A stretch of 64,000 nt of DNA, from positions 4,426 through 68,425 of the forward strand of contig JAVEXO010000004.1 of the NCBI GenBank assembly GCA_034003955.1, read 5' to 3'. Below the pieces are notes generated by a model that did not search any database, was not told the DNA's origin, and saw only the letters and a program-made list of their open reading frames with translations. The position numbers were made by a program, and so were the translations under genes. Shown here piece after piece: positions 37,125-45,087 of the stretch. Origin of the DNA: Spirochaetia bacterium. Its GTDB lineage: Bacteria; Spirochaetota; Spirochaetia; Treponematales; UBA12059. Every line of letters begins with the position of its first letter. Position 1 is the stretch's first letter.

Positions 37125-38090
37125 ATGGACGCACATACCGACTTTATAGCGTCGCTGGAGTCATTCACCGAGCGCGCCTTGACGCGCCGTAAGAAGCGCC
37201 GGCTCGCCCAGAAGATGAAACAACAAGCCAAACATTGGCTTAGGGATTGGGCCGAGGCCATACTCTGGGCCGTCTGCATGGTGCTTCTCATCAACCAATA
37301 TCTCTTCCAGATGTATCGCATACCTTCAGGATCAATGTCAGGAACCCTCGAGATAGGCGACATGATATTCGTCAACAAGTTAGTCTATGGGCCGGAATTG
37401 CTTCCGGGTGTGGCCAAGATGCCTGGTTTCAGGCATGCGGAACGAGGAGAGGTTATTGTCTTTGAGAACCCCTCCTACCTGTCAAAAGGGCCTGTCTTTA
37501 CGATACTGCAACAATTTGTATACATGGCTACACTTACGCTGGTCGACATAGATCTAGACGAGATGGGTCAGCCACGGGTTCACTACCTCATAAAACGAGC
37601 CATAGGCGTGGGGGGCGATACCGTCCGTGTGGCAGACGGAGAGGTGAGCTTTCGCTTCAAGGGAAGTTCTGATTGGATATCGGAGCGCGAATATCAAACG
37701 ATTTCAGGTTTTTCCTATCCTCTGAGACGCATGGTCAAGCCAGAAGACTATGATGCCATCCATGAGGCCGGACGCATGGCCGCACTCGTCGATATGGGAA
37801 TAGAGAAATCGACAGCTGCCATGAAATATAATCCATACGACGATCAGGCCTTCAACGCCTCGAGGTTGCATGAATTAGCCGCCGCATACCCTCATGATGC
37901 ACGCATTGTGGCCGAGGACAGGAAGATTCGATCGGGTTGGTTCATACCTGAGGACAGGGTGTTCCCTATGGGCGATAATCGCGATAATTCAAAGGATGCC
38001 CGCTGGTTTGGAGCCGTTGCACGCAAGAAGGTGCTTGGGCATGCCCTGTTTGTCTACTGGCCACTCAATAGACTTGGCAGCATAGAGTAA
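37125..38090 (+). CDS. lepB: Signal peptidase I (copy 1)
   Basis: 'IPSGSMSGTLEIGD' (catalytic Ser), 'IKRAIGVGGD' (catalytic Lys) and 'GDNRDNSKDARWFG'. The ORF-track start at 36996 overlaps the divergent gene. ATG 37125 (or 37071) is more plausible. Confidence 0.8.
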   Translation: MDAHTDFIASLESFTERALTRRKKRRLAQKMKQQAKHWLRDWAEAILWAVCMVLLINQYLFQMYRIPSGSMSGTLEIGDMIFVNKLVYGPELLPGVAKMPGFRHAERGEVIVFENPSYLSKGPVFTILQQFVYMATLTLVDIDLDEMGQPRVHYLIKRAIGVGGDTVRVADGEVSFRFKGSSDWISEREYQTISGFSYPLRRMVKPEDYDAIHEAGRMAALVDMGIEKSTAAMKYNPYDDQAFNASRLHELAAAYPHDARIVAEDRKIRSGWFIPEDRVFPMGDNRDNSKDARWFGAVARKKVLGHALFVYWPLNRLGSIE

Positions 38091-38095
38091 ATGTC

Positions 38096-38827
38096 ATGAA
38101 ACGCGTGCAATCCTTCGAGGAATCCAGGCGTAGACGTTCACTCCTCTTTAAGCTACTCAAGTACGTTGCGATCCTGTTCCTGCTGTTTGAGTTGTTTACC
38201 GCCTTTGCCTACAAATCATTGATTGTCGGTTCTTCCTCTATGAAACCCACCATCAGTCCTGGAGACAGGGTGATAGTCGCAACATCGGCATACGGTGTGC
38301 TCAATCCATTTACAGGGAGGCGAGCCGTCTTCAAGGCACCACAGCGTGGAGACATGGTTCTTATGAACCTACCATCATCGAAGGCTCGCTCATGGCATCA
38401 TAGGTTCCTCGATTCGGTATTCAGGTTCGTGACCTTCCAGCGTCTAGGAGCTCCTGGCTATGGATCAGCCCATAAAGATGTTCCTGTCATAAAACGTGTT
38501 GTAGCAGGTCCGGGTGATACCGTCATGATGGAAGGATTCATAGTCTATGTTAAAGCCGTAGGCTCGGCTCATTTCCTCACAGAGTATGAACTGTCTGGCG
38601 GTGACTACGACATAGTAGGTGGCCAGCTCGTTGAGGGCTGGACAAAGGATATGCCGCTTGCCGGTTCAATGAATGCTCTGGATTTGGGGCCCGACGAATT
38701 TTTCGTTGTAGGTGACAATCGATACGCCAGTTCCGATTCCAGATTCTATGGTTCGGTGCTGTCGAGCGAGTTGATAGGCAGAATAGTGCTTAGATATTGG
38801 CCTCTTGACCGTATGATGAAGCTGTAG
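38096..38827 (+). CDS. lepB: Signal peptidase I (copy 2)
   Basis: 'VGSSSMKPTISPGD', 'IKRVVAGPGD' and 'GDNRYASSDSRFYG'. Lies 5 nt downstream of copy 1. Confidence 0.8.
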   Translation: MKRVQSFEESRRRRSLLFKLLKYVAILFLLFELFTAFAYKSLIVGSSSMKPTISPGDRVIVATSAYGVLNPFTGRRAVFKAPQRGDMVLMNLPSSKARSWHHRFLDSVFRFVTFQRLGAPGYGSAHKDVPVIKRVVAGPGDTVMMEGFIVYVKAVGSAHFLTEYELSGGDYDIVGGQLVEGWTKDMPLAGSMNALDLGPDEFFVVGDNRYASSDSRFYGSVLSSELIGRIVLRYWPLDRMMKL

Positions 38828-38838
38828 GCACGGCATAG

Positions 38839-40041
38839 ATGCTTCCTTCTCTCTATGTGCATGTTCCCTTCTGCTCCTCACGATGCACGTATTGCGATTT
38901 TTATAGCAAAGCCATGTCCCCTGCCTCCATACGGGTCGCCTCCGAGTCATGGCTTCTGGCTATCAGCCGCCATCTCGAACTATTTACGAGGCGTTTTGGC
39001 AGCGATGGTTTTAAAACCATATACATCGGTGGCGGCACCCCTTCCTGGCTGCCTCAAGACATCCTCAGAAACACCCTGCAGCTGATTGGAGGGTATGCCT
39101 CGGCATCGGGGCAGGAAGCCCTGGAATGGACGGTAGAGGCTAATCCAGAGGATATCGATGAAACCTTCCTGTCTATACTCGCTGGCTCTGGCGTAGGACG
39201 CTTAAGCATCGGTGTGCAGAGTCTACAGGATGAGGCGAGGAGGCTAGCCGGGCGAAGGGGTAGTGCAAGCCTCATCAAAGAGCGCCTGGAGTCTATAGCA
39301 TCACTCTGGCATGGTAGATGGTCTTGCGATCTTATCTTTGGCTTGCCTGGGCAGAGCCCTGAAGGCCTGGCTAATGATGTAGTATCCCTGACAGGATTAG
39401 GGATAGGTCACGTATCGCTGTATGAGCTGACACTAGAGCCAGCTAGCCCCTTGTCTGGATCGGTGCAAGACGGCAGTGTCCTTCTCCCCGATGAAGACGA
39501 GCGTGCGGATGCCTACGATGCGGCTTCAGAGGCTCTCATCAATGCTGGGTTTAATCGCTATGAGGTTTCTAATTGGGCATTACCCACAGAAGCATGCATG
39601 CATAACGAGGTATACTGGGAGATGGGAGACTGGTTGGCACTTGGTCCCTCTGGTGTAGGCAACATGAGACAGGGTGACACATCGTTCCTCAGGATGGAGA
39701 ACGCCTCCAACGACGAAGAGTATAGGCATGACCCTACAGGCTCGTGTATAGAAAGCACCATAGCTGGCAAGGATGCAGCCTTCGAGTGCCTCCTTACTTC
39801 ATTGCGAACAACGAAAGGATGCGATTTGTCCAGGTTCAAGGAACGATTCTTCATCGATCCAATTGCCGTTTTTGGGTCTCTGCATCAAGCATTTCCTGAG
39901 CTCATACACCTGGATGGCTCATCATGGAAGGCTACACAGCGAGGTCTCGATACCCTCAATATTCTCTTGGTGGCCGCCCTGAGGCATGCAGACCAGTATT
40001 ATGCTTTTATCGATGATGAGCGAGGAGAGCCACTAACATGA
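38839..40041 (+). CDS. hemW: Radical SAM family heme chaperone HemW (HemN-like, oxygen-independent coproporphyrinogen oxidase family)
   Basis: 'LYVHVPFCSSRCTYCDF' CxxxCxxC motif, 'IYIGGGTPS' and a HemN_C-like tail. Confidence 0.85.
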   Translation: MLPSLYVHVPFCSSRCTYCDFYSKAMSPASIRVASESWLLAISRHLELFTRRFGSDGFKTIYIGGGTPSWLPQDILRNTLQLIGGYASASGQEALEWTVEANPEDIDETFLSILAGSGVGRLSIGVQSLQDEARRLAGRRGSASLIKERLESIASLWHGRWSCDLIFGLPGQSPEGLANDVVSLTGLGIGHVSLYELTLEPASPLSGSVQDGSVLLPDEDERADAYDAASEALINAGFNRYEVSNWALPTEACMHNEVYWEMGDWLALGPSGVGNMRQGDTSFLRMENASNDEEYRHDPTGSCIESTIAGKDAAFECLLTSLRTTKGCDLSRFKERFFIDPIAVFGSLHQAFPELIHLDGSSWKATQRGLDTLNILLVAALRHADQYYAFIDDERGEPLT

Positions 40042-40886
40042 ATATAGCATCCATTCAGTCACACGTGGTGTATGGCCGGGTAGGCAACAGATCGGCCGTC
40101 TTTCCTCTGGAGAGGCTGGGCTTTGAAGTCTGGCCTATCAATACCGTGCAGTATTCCTGCCACAGTGGATACCCTGGATGGACTGGCACCGCCTTTGGAG
40201 CCGATCATCTTTCTCTCATAGTCAGAGGCCTGCAAAACCTGGGTGTGCTTTCGCGATGCGACGCCGTACTCTCGGGTTACATGGGGGATGTCGATACGGG
40301 AAACGCCATAGTCAAGGCTGTAGATACCATAAAGAAGGCAAATCCCAAGGCTCTCTATTGTTGTGATCCTGTCATGGGCGACCTTCCTGAAGGCCTCTAC
40401 GTCAAGAAGGACTTGCCGGCATTCATACGGTCAGAGGCCATGTCGCGTGCCGATATAGTTTGCCCCAATGTCTTTGAGGCCGAGCTGCTCTCTGGGCACA
40501 GTCTGTCTTCCCGTCAGGGCGTCTTGAAGGCAACAGACGCCATACATGGCCTGGGTCCACGCATAGTGCTCGTAACGAGCTATAGGCCAGAGTCTAACGG
40601 AGACATCGGGTTCTTTGTCAGTGACGGGCATGTCAGGAAGACTGTCGTTGCGCCTACTTTGCCGTTCTTAAAGCCACCTAAAGGATCAGGAGACCTGGCC
40701 AGTGCCTTGTTTCTAGGGTACTACCTCAAGGGTTCCGATGTTGTGCAGGCACTAGAGGAGACGATAGGAGCCCTCTATGCGGTGCTGGAGGAGAGCCTCA
40801 GAAATGCCGCTGATTCTATCGCCATCGTAGCAGCCCAGGATGCCATAGCCTCCCCAGAACGCAGGTTCAAGGCCGTCGACGCCTAG
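40038..40886 (+). CDS. pdxY: Pyridoxal kinase PdxY
   Basis: Resembles E. coli PdxY along its whole length as I recall it: 'IQSHVVYG..GN..AVFP..RLG..VWP.NTVQ', 'DAVLSGY.G', 'CDPVMGD' and 'VAAQD.IA.PE..F'. Confidence 0.88.
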   Translation: MNIASIQSHVVYGRVGNRSAVFPLERLGFEVWPINTVQYSCHSGYPGWTGTAFGADHLSLIVRGLQNLGVLSRCDAVLSGYMGDVDTGNAIVKAVDTIKKANPKALYCCDPVMGDLPEGLYVKKDLPAFIRSEAMSRADIVCPNVFEAELLSGHSLSSRQGVLKATDAIHGLGPRIVLVTSYRPESNGDIGFFVSDGHVRKTVVAPTLPFLKPPKGSGDLASALFLGYYLKGSDVVQALEETIGALYAVLEESLRNAADSIAIVAAQDAIASPERRFKAVDA

Positions 40887-40912
40887 GGTTCGTGTGCCCT
40901 GGATCATTGCAA

Positions 40913-40944
40913 GCCCGCAACCGGCAGAAGCCGGTTGCGGCTTG
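40913..40944. terminator. GC-rich hairpin between convergent genes (possible bidirectional terminator)
   Basis: CCGCAACCGGC-AGAA-GCCGGTTGCGG forms an 11-bp stem. The flanking U/A tracts are weak. Confidence 0.45.
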
Positions 40945-40971
40945 TGTATAGCGTGCGCCGCTAGGGCTATG

Positions 40972-41511
40972 CTACTTCTTCTTGGGGATTACCGGGGAGA
41001 AGGAACTTGGGTTTGGAAGCACGAAGCCCGAGGGTAGTTCGCTCTTGCTGGCGAGGAGCCAGGTTTGATTCCTGCCCAGCAAGCCTCCCGTGCCTTTAAG
41101 GGAGCCTCTGACGATCAACTTGTCGCCGTCACGTTTGATGCTGCAGTTATAATCCTTGCCGTCTTCGGGGTCAACGATGGAGCCCTTCCAGTCTTTTCCC
41201 TTAGGCTGCATCTCATAGACGAAGTCCATTCCACAGTAGGGCGGATCGCCTGCGATAGCCGTAGCCAATTCCGTCCTGGTATCCAGCGTATCCTTTACCA
41301 GACCGGTATCCTTGTTTATTGTAGCAATAGTTCGTCCAAAGATATTGCCATTATGTGTGTATAGCATCACATAGGCGGTAGGTTTGTTAGTCTTGTCATC
41401 GATAACTTTCCAGAGCCCCAGGATGTCATCCGCAGCCCAGGCACTGCATACCCCAAGAACGAGCATGATCGCCGTCAAGAGGGCTATAGACCTCAGATTC
41501 TTCATACGCAC
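40972..41511 (-). CDS. DUF2147-family secreted protein
   Basis: Signal peptide '...LGVCSAWA'. 'ILGLWKVIDDKTNKP' and 'WKGSIVDPEDGKDYNCSIKRDGDKLIVRGSL' match the DUF2147 pattern. Confidence 0.7.
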   Translation of the reverse strand: MRMKNLRSIALLTAIMLVLGVCSAWAADDILGLWKVIDDKTNKPTAYVMLYTHNGNIFGRTIATINKDTGLVKDTLDTRTELATAIAGDPPYCGMDFVYEMQPKGKDWKGSIVDPEDGKDYNCSIKRDGDKLIVRGSLKGTGGLLGRNQTWLLASKSELPSGFVLPNPSSFSPVIPKKK

Positions 41512-41612
41512 TGCTCCTTACTAGATAGCTATGGCGATGCTTCATGCATCGATGCTTAAAAAACAAAAGAAAGTATAGGATTGGCCTTCGCTCCTGTAAA
41601 GGATAAAAACGA

Positions 41613-42218
41613 CTATGTGTCGAAGCTGTAGCTGTTGCGGCGAGCCTCGGTCTTTGTCATCTTCCAACCCAGGTTATATAGTTTCTCGGCTCCTATGCTC
41701 GTGGGCGGGCCATGTCCCGGAAGGACCAAGCAATCATCGGATAGACTGAGAATTTTCTTGTTAAGCTGGTCCTTAAGGAGGCGGTTGCCGTATTGGCTCA
41801 TCGTCTTGCCAATGAGCCCTGCATGCAAGACGTCACCTGTGAACAAAATTTTGTCGAATCTATACACCATTGAGTCGGCAGAATGCCCTGGAACAGACAG
41901 CGCCTGTACATCGAGACCGCACACGGAGAATTCCTCTCCGTCACGCACCATGCGACACTGGATACCATCGATGGAGGCGTTGCTCGAGTACACGACGGCA
42001 TCATAGATGCGTAGTAGGGTCCAGAGGCCATCGACATGGTGGGCATGGTTATGGGTTATGAGGGCGCTCGTAACCACATAGCCTTTTTCTTCTATGAAAT
42101 CCAGGAGACCTAGCGTAAAGGCGGCAGGATCGACTATTGCTGCTTCATGGCTCTGGTCGTTGCCGACGAGATAGACGTTGGCGAAGCCATGCACCGCATA
42201 ATGAAAGAATACCGTCAT
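41613..42218 (-). CDS. MBL-fold metallo-hydrolase (glyoxalase II-like)
   Basis: 'ITHNHAHHVDG' (HxHxDH), 'PGHSADS' and 'LPGHGP'. Confidence 0.8.
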   Translation of the reverse strand: MTVFFHYAVHGFANVYLVGNDQSHEAAIVDPAAFTLGLLDFIEEKGYVVTSALITHNHAHHVDGLWTLLRIYDAVVYSSNASIDGIQCRMVRDGEEFSVCGLDVQALSVPGHSADSMVYRFDKILFTGDVLHAGLIGKTMSQYGNRLLKDQLNKKILSLSDDCLVLPGHGPPTSIGAEKLYNLGWKMTKTEARRNSYSFDT

Positions 42219-42991
42219 TGATCTATCCCGTCGAGCTCGAATATGGCCTCTTGTGTATTTGAAAGCCTCCAGGAGACTTCAGTTTCCTTGGATGGAATGA
42301 TCAAGGTGCGTTTTAAATTACAGTCTATGAAATCTGTCTTTTCAAATTCTGCCATGATGAAGCGGGAGTTGTAGAGGTTGGAGTAGTTGAAGGTACAGTC
42401 ATTCAGGCATGTGCCGTCGAAATTGTTTTGTACCAATTCGGAGTGTTCAAAGGAGACGTTCAAGAAGCGTGAGCCGGCGAAGGAGCAGAATTGGGCATCT
42501 ATGCCTGAAAAATCGCATGAATCGGCTGAACAGAAGTCAAAGAAGCACATCCTGAATGAGCATGCAGAGAAATTGATGTTTCTTAAGAGCGTCTTTGATA
42601 ACGAGCATGCGAAGAATTGCCTTCCCGATAGAACCGCACCTTCAAAGCGTAGCCCGGCAAGGTTCATGCTTTTTATAACCTTGAGAGTGCTCAGGGATTC
42701 AAGGATCGTAGCGGCTATTGCATCAGGATTGGGATGGTGGTCGGCACAGAAATCTGTTGTATGGATAGCCGTGGCCTCGCATCCTGGAATGGAGCATCGC
42801 TTGAAATCGTACACCGCGCCTCCTCTTCGATGCGGGCGTTGTACATCCTGCGCCCTGTTAAGAGAATACCCTATATTGTGAGTGTCCTCAAGCATGCTCA
42901 GTGGTCGAGTCTGATTATGGTAGAGAACGCCTACAATAGAACTATAGCTTGAAAAAAGACTGGCAGGAGCGTACACTCCAGGTATGTGCAT
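42215..42991 (-). CDS. Pentapeptide-repeat protein with an N-terminal Cys/His motif
   Basis: About 150 aa of degenerate A(D/N)(L/F)xx repeats ('NLAGLRFEGAVLSGRQF...INFSACSFRMCFFDFCSADSCDFSGIDAQFCSFAGSRF'). The N-terminus reads 'CSIPGCEATAIHTTDFCADHH'. ATGA overlap with the MBL gene. The start may be the ATG at 42895. Confidence 0.65.
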   Translation of the reverse strand: MHIPGVYAPASLFSSYSSIVGVLYHNQTRPLSMLEDTHNIGYSLNRAQDVQRPHRRGGAVYDFKRCSIPGCEATAIHTTDFCADHHPNPDAIAATILESLSTLKVIKSMNLAGLRFEGAVLSGRQFFACSLSKTLLRNINFSACSFRMCFFDFCSADSCDFSGIDAQFCSFAGSRFLNVSFEHSELVQNNFDGTCLNDCTFNYSNLYNSRFIMAEFEKTDFIDCNLKRTLIIPSKETEVSWRLSNTQEAIFELDGIDQ

Positions 42992-43265
42992 GTTTTGTGG
43001 TACCCCCTTGCCTGATAAAAAGATAGGCTTCAGAGACCTGTGTGATACCTGCGCCAGGGAGATGCATATATGCCGCCACTGTGTCTTCTACAAGCCGGGC
43101 GTGTTCCGTGACTGTACTGAAACAATACCGGAAGCGGTAAGCGACAAGGACCGCATGAATTTTTGTGAATACTTCAAGGCCGATCCCAGGACAGTCAAGA
43201 ACTCGTCTGGTCTTGATGATTCCAACACGGCAAAAGGCGCCTTTGACGGTCTTTTTAAGCTTTAA
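42984..43265 (+). CDS. Small Cys-rich (zinc-ribbon-like) protein, 93 aa
   Basis: 'CMFCG...CDTCAREMHICRHC' gives three CxxC pairs. Divergent from the pentapeptide gene. Function unknown. Confidence 0.5.
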   Translation: MCMFCGTPLPDKKIGFRDLCDTCAREMHICRHCVFYKPGVFRDCTETIPEAVSDKDRMNFCEYFKADPRTVKNSSGLDDSNTAKGAFDGLFKL

Positions 43266-43285
43266 GCGCCTATACAGGAATATCA

Positions 43286-44101
43286 ATGCATCATGATGAA
43301 CGACCCGTTGCCTTCTTTGATTCTGGCGTAGGTGGACTGCCATACCTGGCCGCCGCTCGCAGACGTATGCCGGCAGAACGCTATGTCTACCTCGCAGACC
43401 GTGCGGGATTCCCCTATGGCACCAAGACAAAGGAGCAGGTCGTCGCCTTGGCAACGGGAGCCGTAGCCGCCTTGGTTGCCAGAATAGATCCTAAGGCTGT
43501 CGTAGTAGCCTGCAATACCGCCACCGAGCTCGCCATAGACGAGATTCGGGCCGCCAACCCGGGGCTAGCAATAGTAGGCACCGTGCCGGCCATAAAGCCC
43601 GCAGCGGCCTTGTCTAGCAAGCGTCGCATAGGCGTCGTGGCCACACAGGCGGCCGCGTCTGCCGCCTACCTTACTAATCTGGCTGGTGCCTGGGCAGCCG
43701 ATTGTGCCCTTGTAAAGATTGGTGACGGAGCGCTCGTTGATTTTGTTGAGCACTCGTACCTTGCCGCCACTCCCGAGCAGCGCCAGGAGGCGGTTCGCCC
43801 GAGCGTCTCGGCCATGTTGGAGCAGGGAGTCGATGTCATAGTGCTAGGCTGCACCCATTTTTTACACCTGGCTAATGAATTCCGTGAGGTAGCAGGGGAC
43901 AGCGCCATCATAGTCGATTCTAGTGATGGCATAGCCTCTCGCCTCGCAACCATACTGGGTTATACTGAAAATTCAACGACACCGGGTTCAAACCGGGCGG
44001 ATAAGGATTGCATGTATCTGACAGGACAGAGAGAACCAGAGCCGGTCTACCGTGGCTTTGCATCACTCTTTGGGCTGACTATGGCAGGGAGCATAGCGTG
44101 A
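43286..44101 (+). CDS. murI: Glutamate racemase
   Basis: 'FFDSGVGGL', 'VVACNTAT' and 'VLGCTHF' (the two catalytic Cys contexts). Confidence 0.9.
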   Translation: MHHDERPVAFFDSGVGGLPYLAAARRRMPAERYVYLADRAGFPYGTKTKEQVVALATGAVAALVARIDPKAVVVACNTATELAIDEIRAANPGLAIVGTVPAIKPAAALSSKRRIGVVATQAAASAAYLTNLAGAWAADCALVKIGDGALVDFVEHSYLAATPEQRQEAVRPSVSAMLEQGVDVIVLGCTHFLHLANEFREVAGDSAIIVDSSDGIASRLATILGYTENSTTPGSNRADKDCMYLTGQREPEPVYRGFASLFGLTMAGSIA

Positions 44102-45087
44102 GTATTGGCACGGTACTATCAGGAGCCAACAATGCATTCTCCGTTCTTGCCGAAGACGGTTCCATTGTCCGTTGCGCGCTCAAAGGCAAGAAGCTTAAAG
44201 GAGCCGAAGGTTTCTATAATCCTCTAGCCGCAGGAGACCAGGTACACTGGGAGCCTGCCTCTCCTGGAACGGGCATGATACTGTCCCTCAAGCCAAGGAA
44301 GAGCCTCTTCTGGCGTTATAATGAGAAAGGCAAGGCCATCCAGGCCATAGCCGCAAACATGGATGTTCTCGTCTGCGTTACAAGCGCCGGCATGCCACCT
44401 TTTAGGCCGCGCTTCATAGACCGTGTCTCACTCGAACCGGCTTCTGATCGCTTGCCTTTCATAATCGCCCTCAACAAGACAGACTTGGGGCTCGATGACG
44501 AGCTTCTTGAGCGCATGGCCAATTATCGTGAAATAGGCTTCGAGACACTGGAGATGAGTGTTGAGGAGGGGCGGGGAATAGAGGAGCTAAAAGAGCGCAT
44601 AGCCGGCAAGACCAGCGCCTTCGTAGGGCAATCGGGAGTAGGCAAGAGTTCTATACTCAACGCCCTCGAGGCAGGGCTAGGGCTCAAGGTGGGCGAGGTA
44701 TGCGAAAAATTCGAGAGGGGCAGGCATACGACAGTAGCCGCCATCCTGTCGGTATTGTCTGATGGGCGTACTAGAGTAATCGATACACCGGGGTTCAGAC
44801 GTCTGGCCGTTAGAGGCATAGATCCTGTTACCCTTGGAGCATGTTTCCCGGAGATACGTAGGGTCTCTGCTCGTTGTAGCCTTGGGGCACGATGCAAGCA
44901 TAAGGATGAGCCTGGCTGCGCAGTACTAGCCGCAGTAGAAGAAGGCATCATACATGAGGACCGATATGAGAGCTATCTACGTATATTAGCAGAGCTTGAG
45001 GATACCCGTGGCTACGCCAGGAAGGTGGGTAGACCGCGCCGTGATGAAGAGGATTATTACAAAGAGGATGATTACGAGGATGCATGA
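44098..45087 (+). CDS. rsgA: Ribosome small-subunit-dependent GTPase RsgA
   Basis: 'ALNKTDL' and 'GQSGVGKSSILNAL', a zinc-finger 'C...C.H..EPGCAV', and an acidic tail. An in-frame GTG at 44098 overlaps the murI stop. The ORF-track start at 44008 lies inside murI. Confidence 0.85.
   Translation: MSIGTVLSGANNAFSVLAEDGSIVRCALKGKKLKGAEGFYNPLAAGDQVHWEPASPGTGMILSLKPRKSLFWRYNEKGKAIQAIAANMDVLVCVTSAGMPPFRPRFIDRVSLEPASDRLPFIIALNKTDLGLDDELLERMANYREIGFETLEMSVEEGRGIEELKERIAGKTSAFVGQSGVGKSSILNALEAGLGLKVGEVCEKFERGRHTTVAAILSVLSDGRTRVIDTPGFRRLAVRGIDPVTLGACFPEIRRVSARCSLGARCKHKDEPGCAVLAAVEEGIIHEDRYESYLRILAELEDTRGYARKVGRPRRDEEDYYKEDDYEDA

Noticed and set aside
42942-43454. 170-aa minus-strand ORF bridging the zinc-ribbon gene and the murI start
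   Set aside because: It overlaps two better-supported plus-strand genes (murI motifs are unambiguous). It is Arg/His-rich with odd composition.
44008-45079. Long 5' extensions of the rsgA (44008), mutS2 (44996), ruvA (50363), queA (52013), clpX (62110) and tig (60106) ORFs
   Set aside because: In each case the conserved N-terminus of the family begins at an internal start with an SD or a stop-start overlap. The extensions lie inside the preceding gene.
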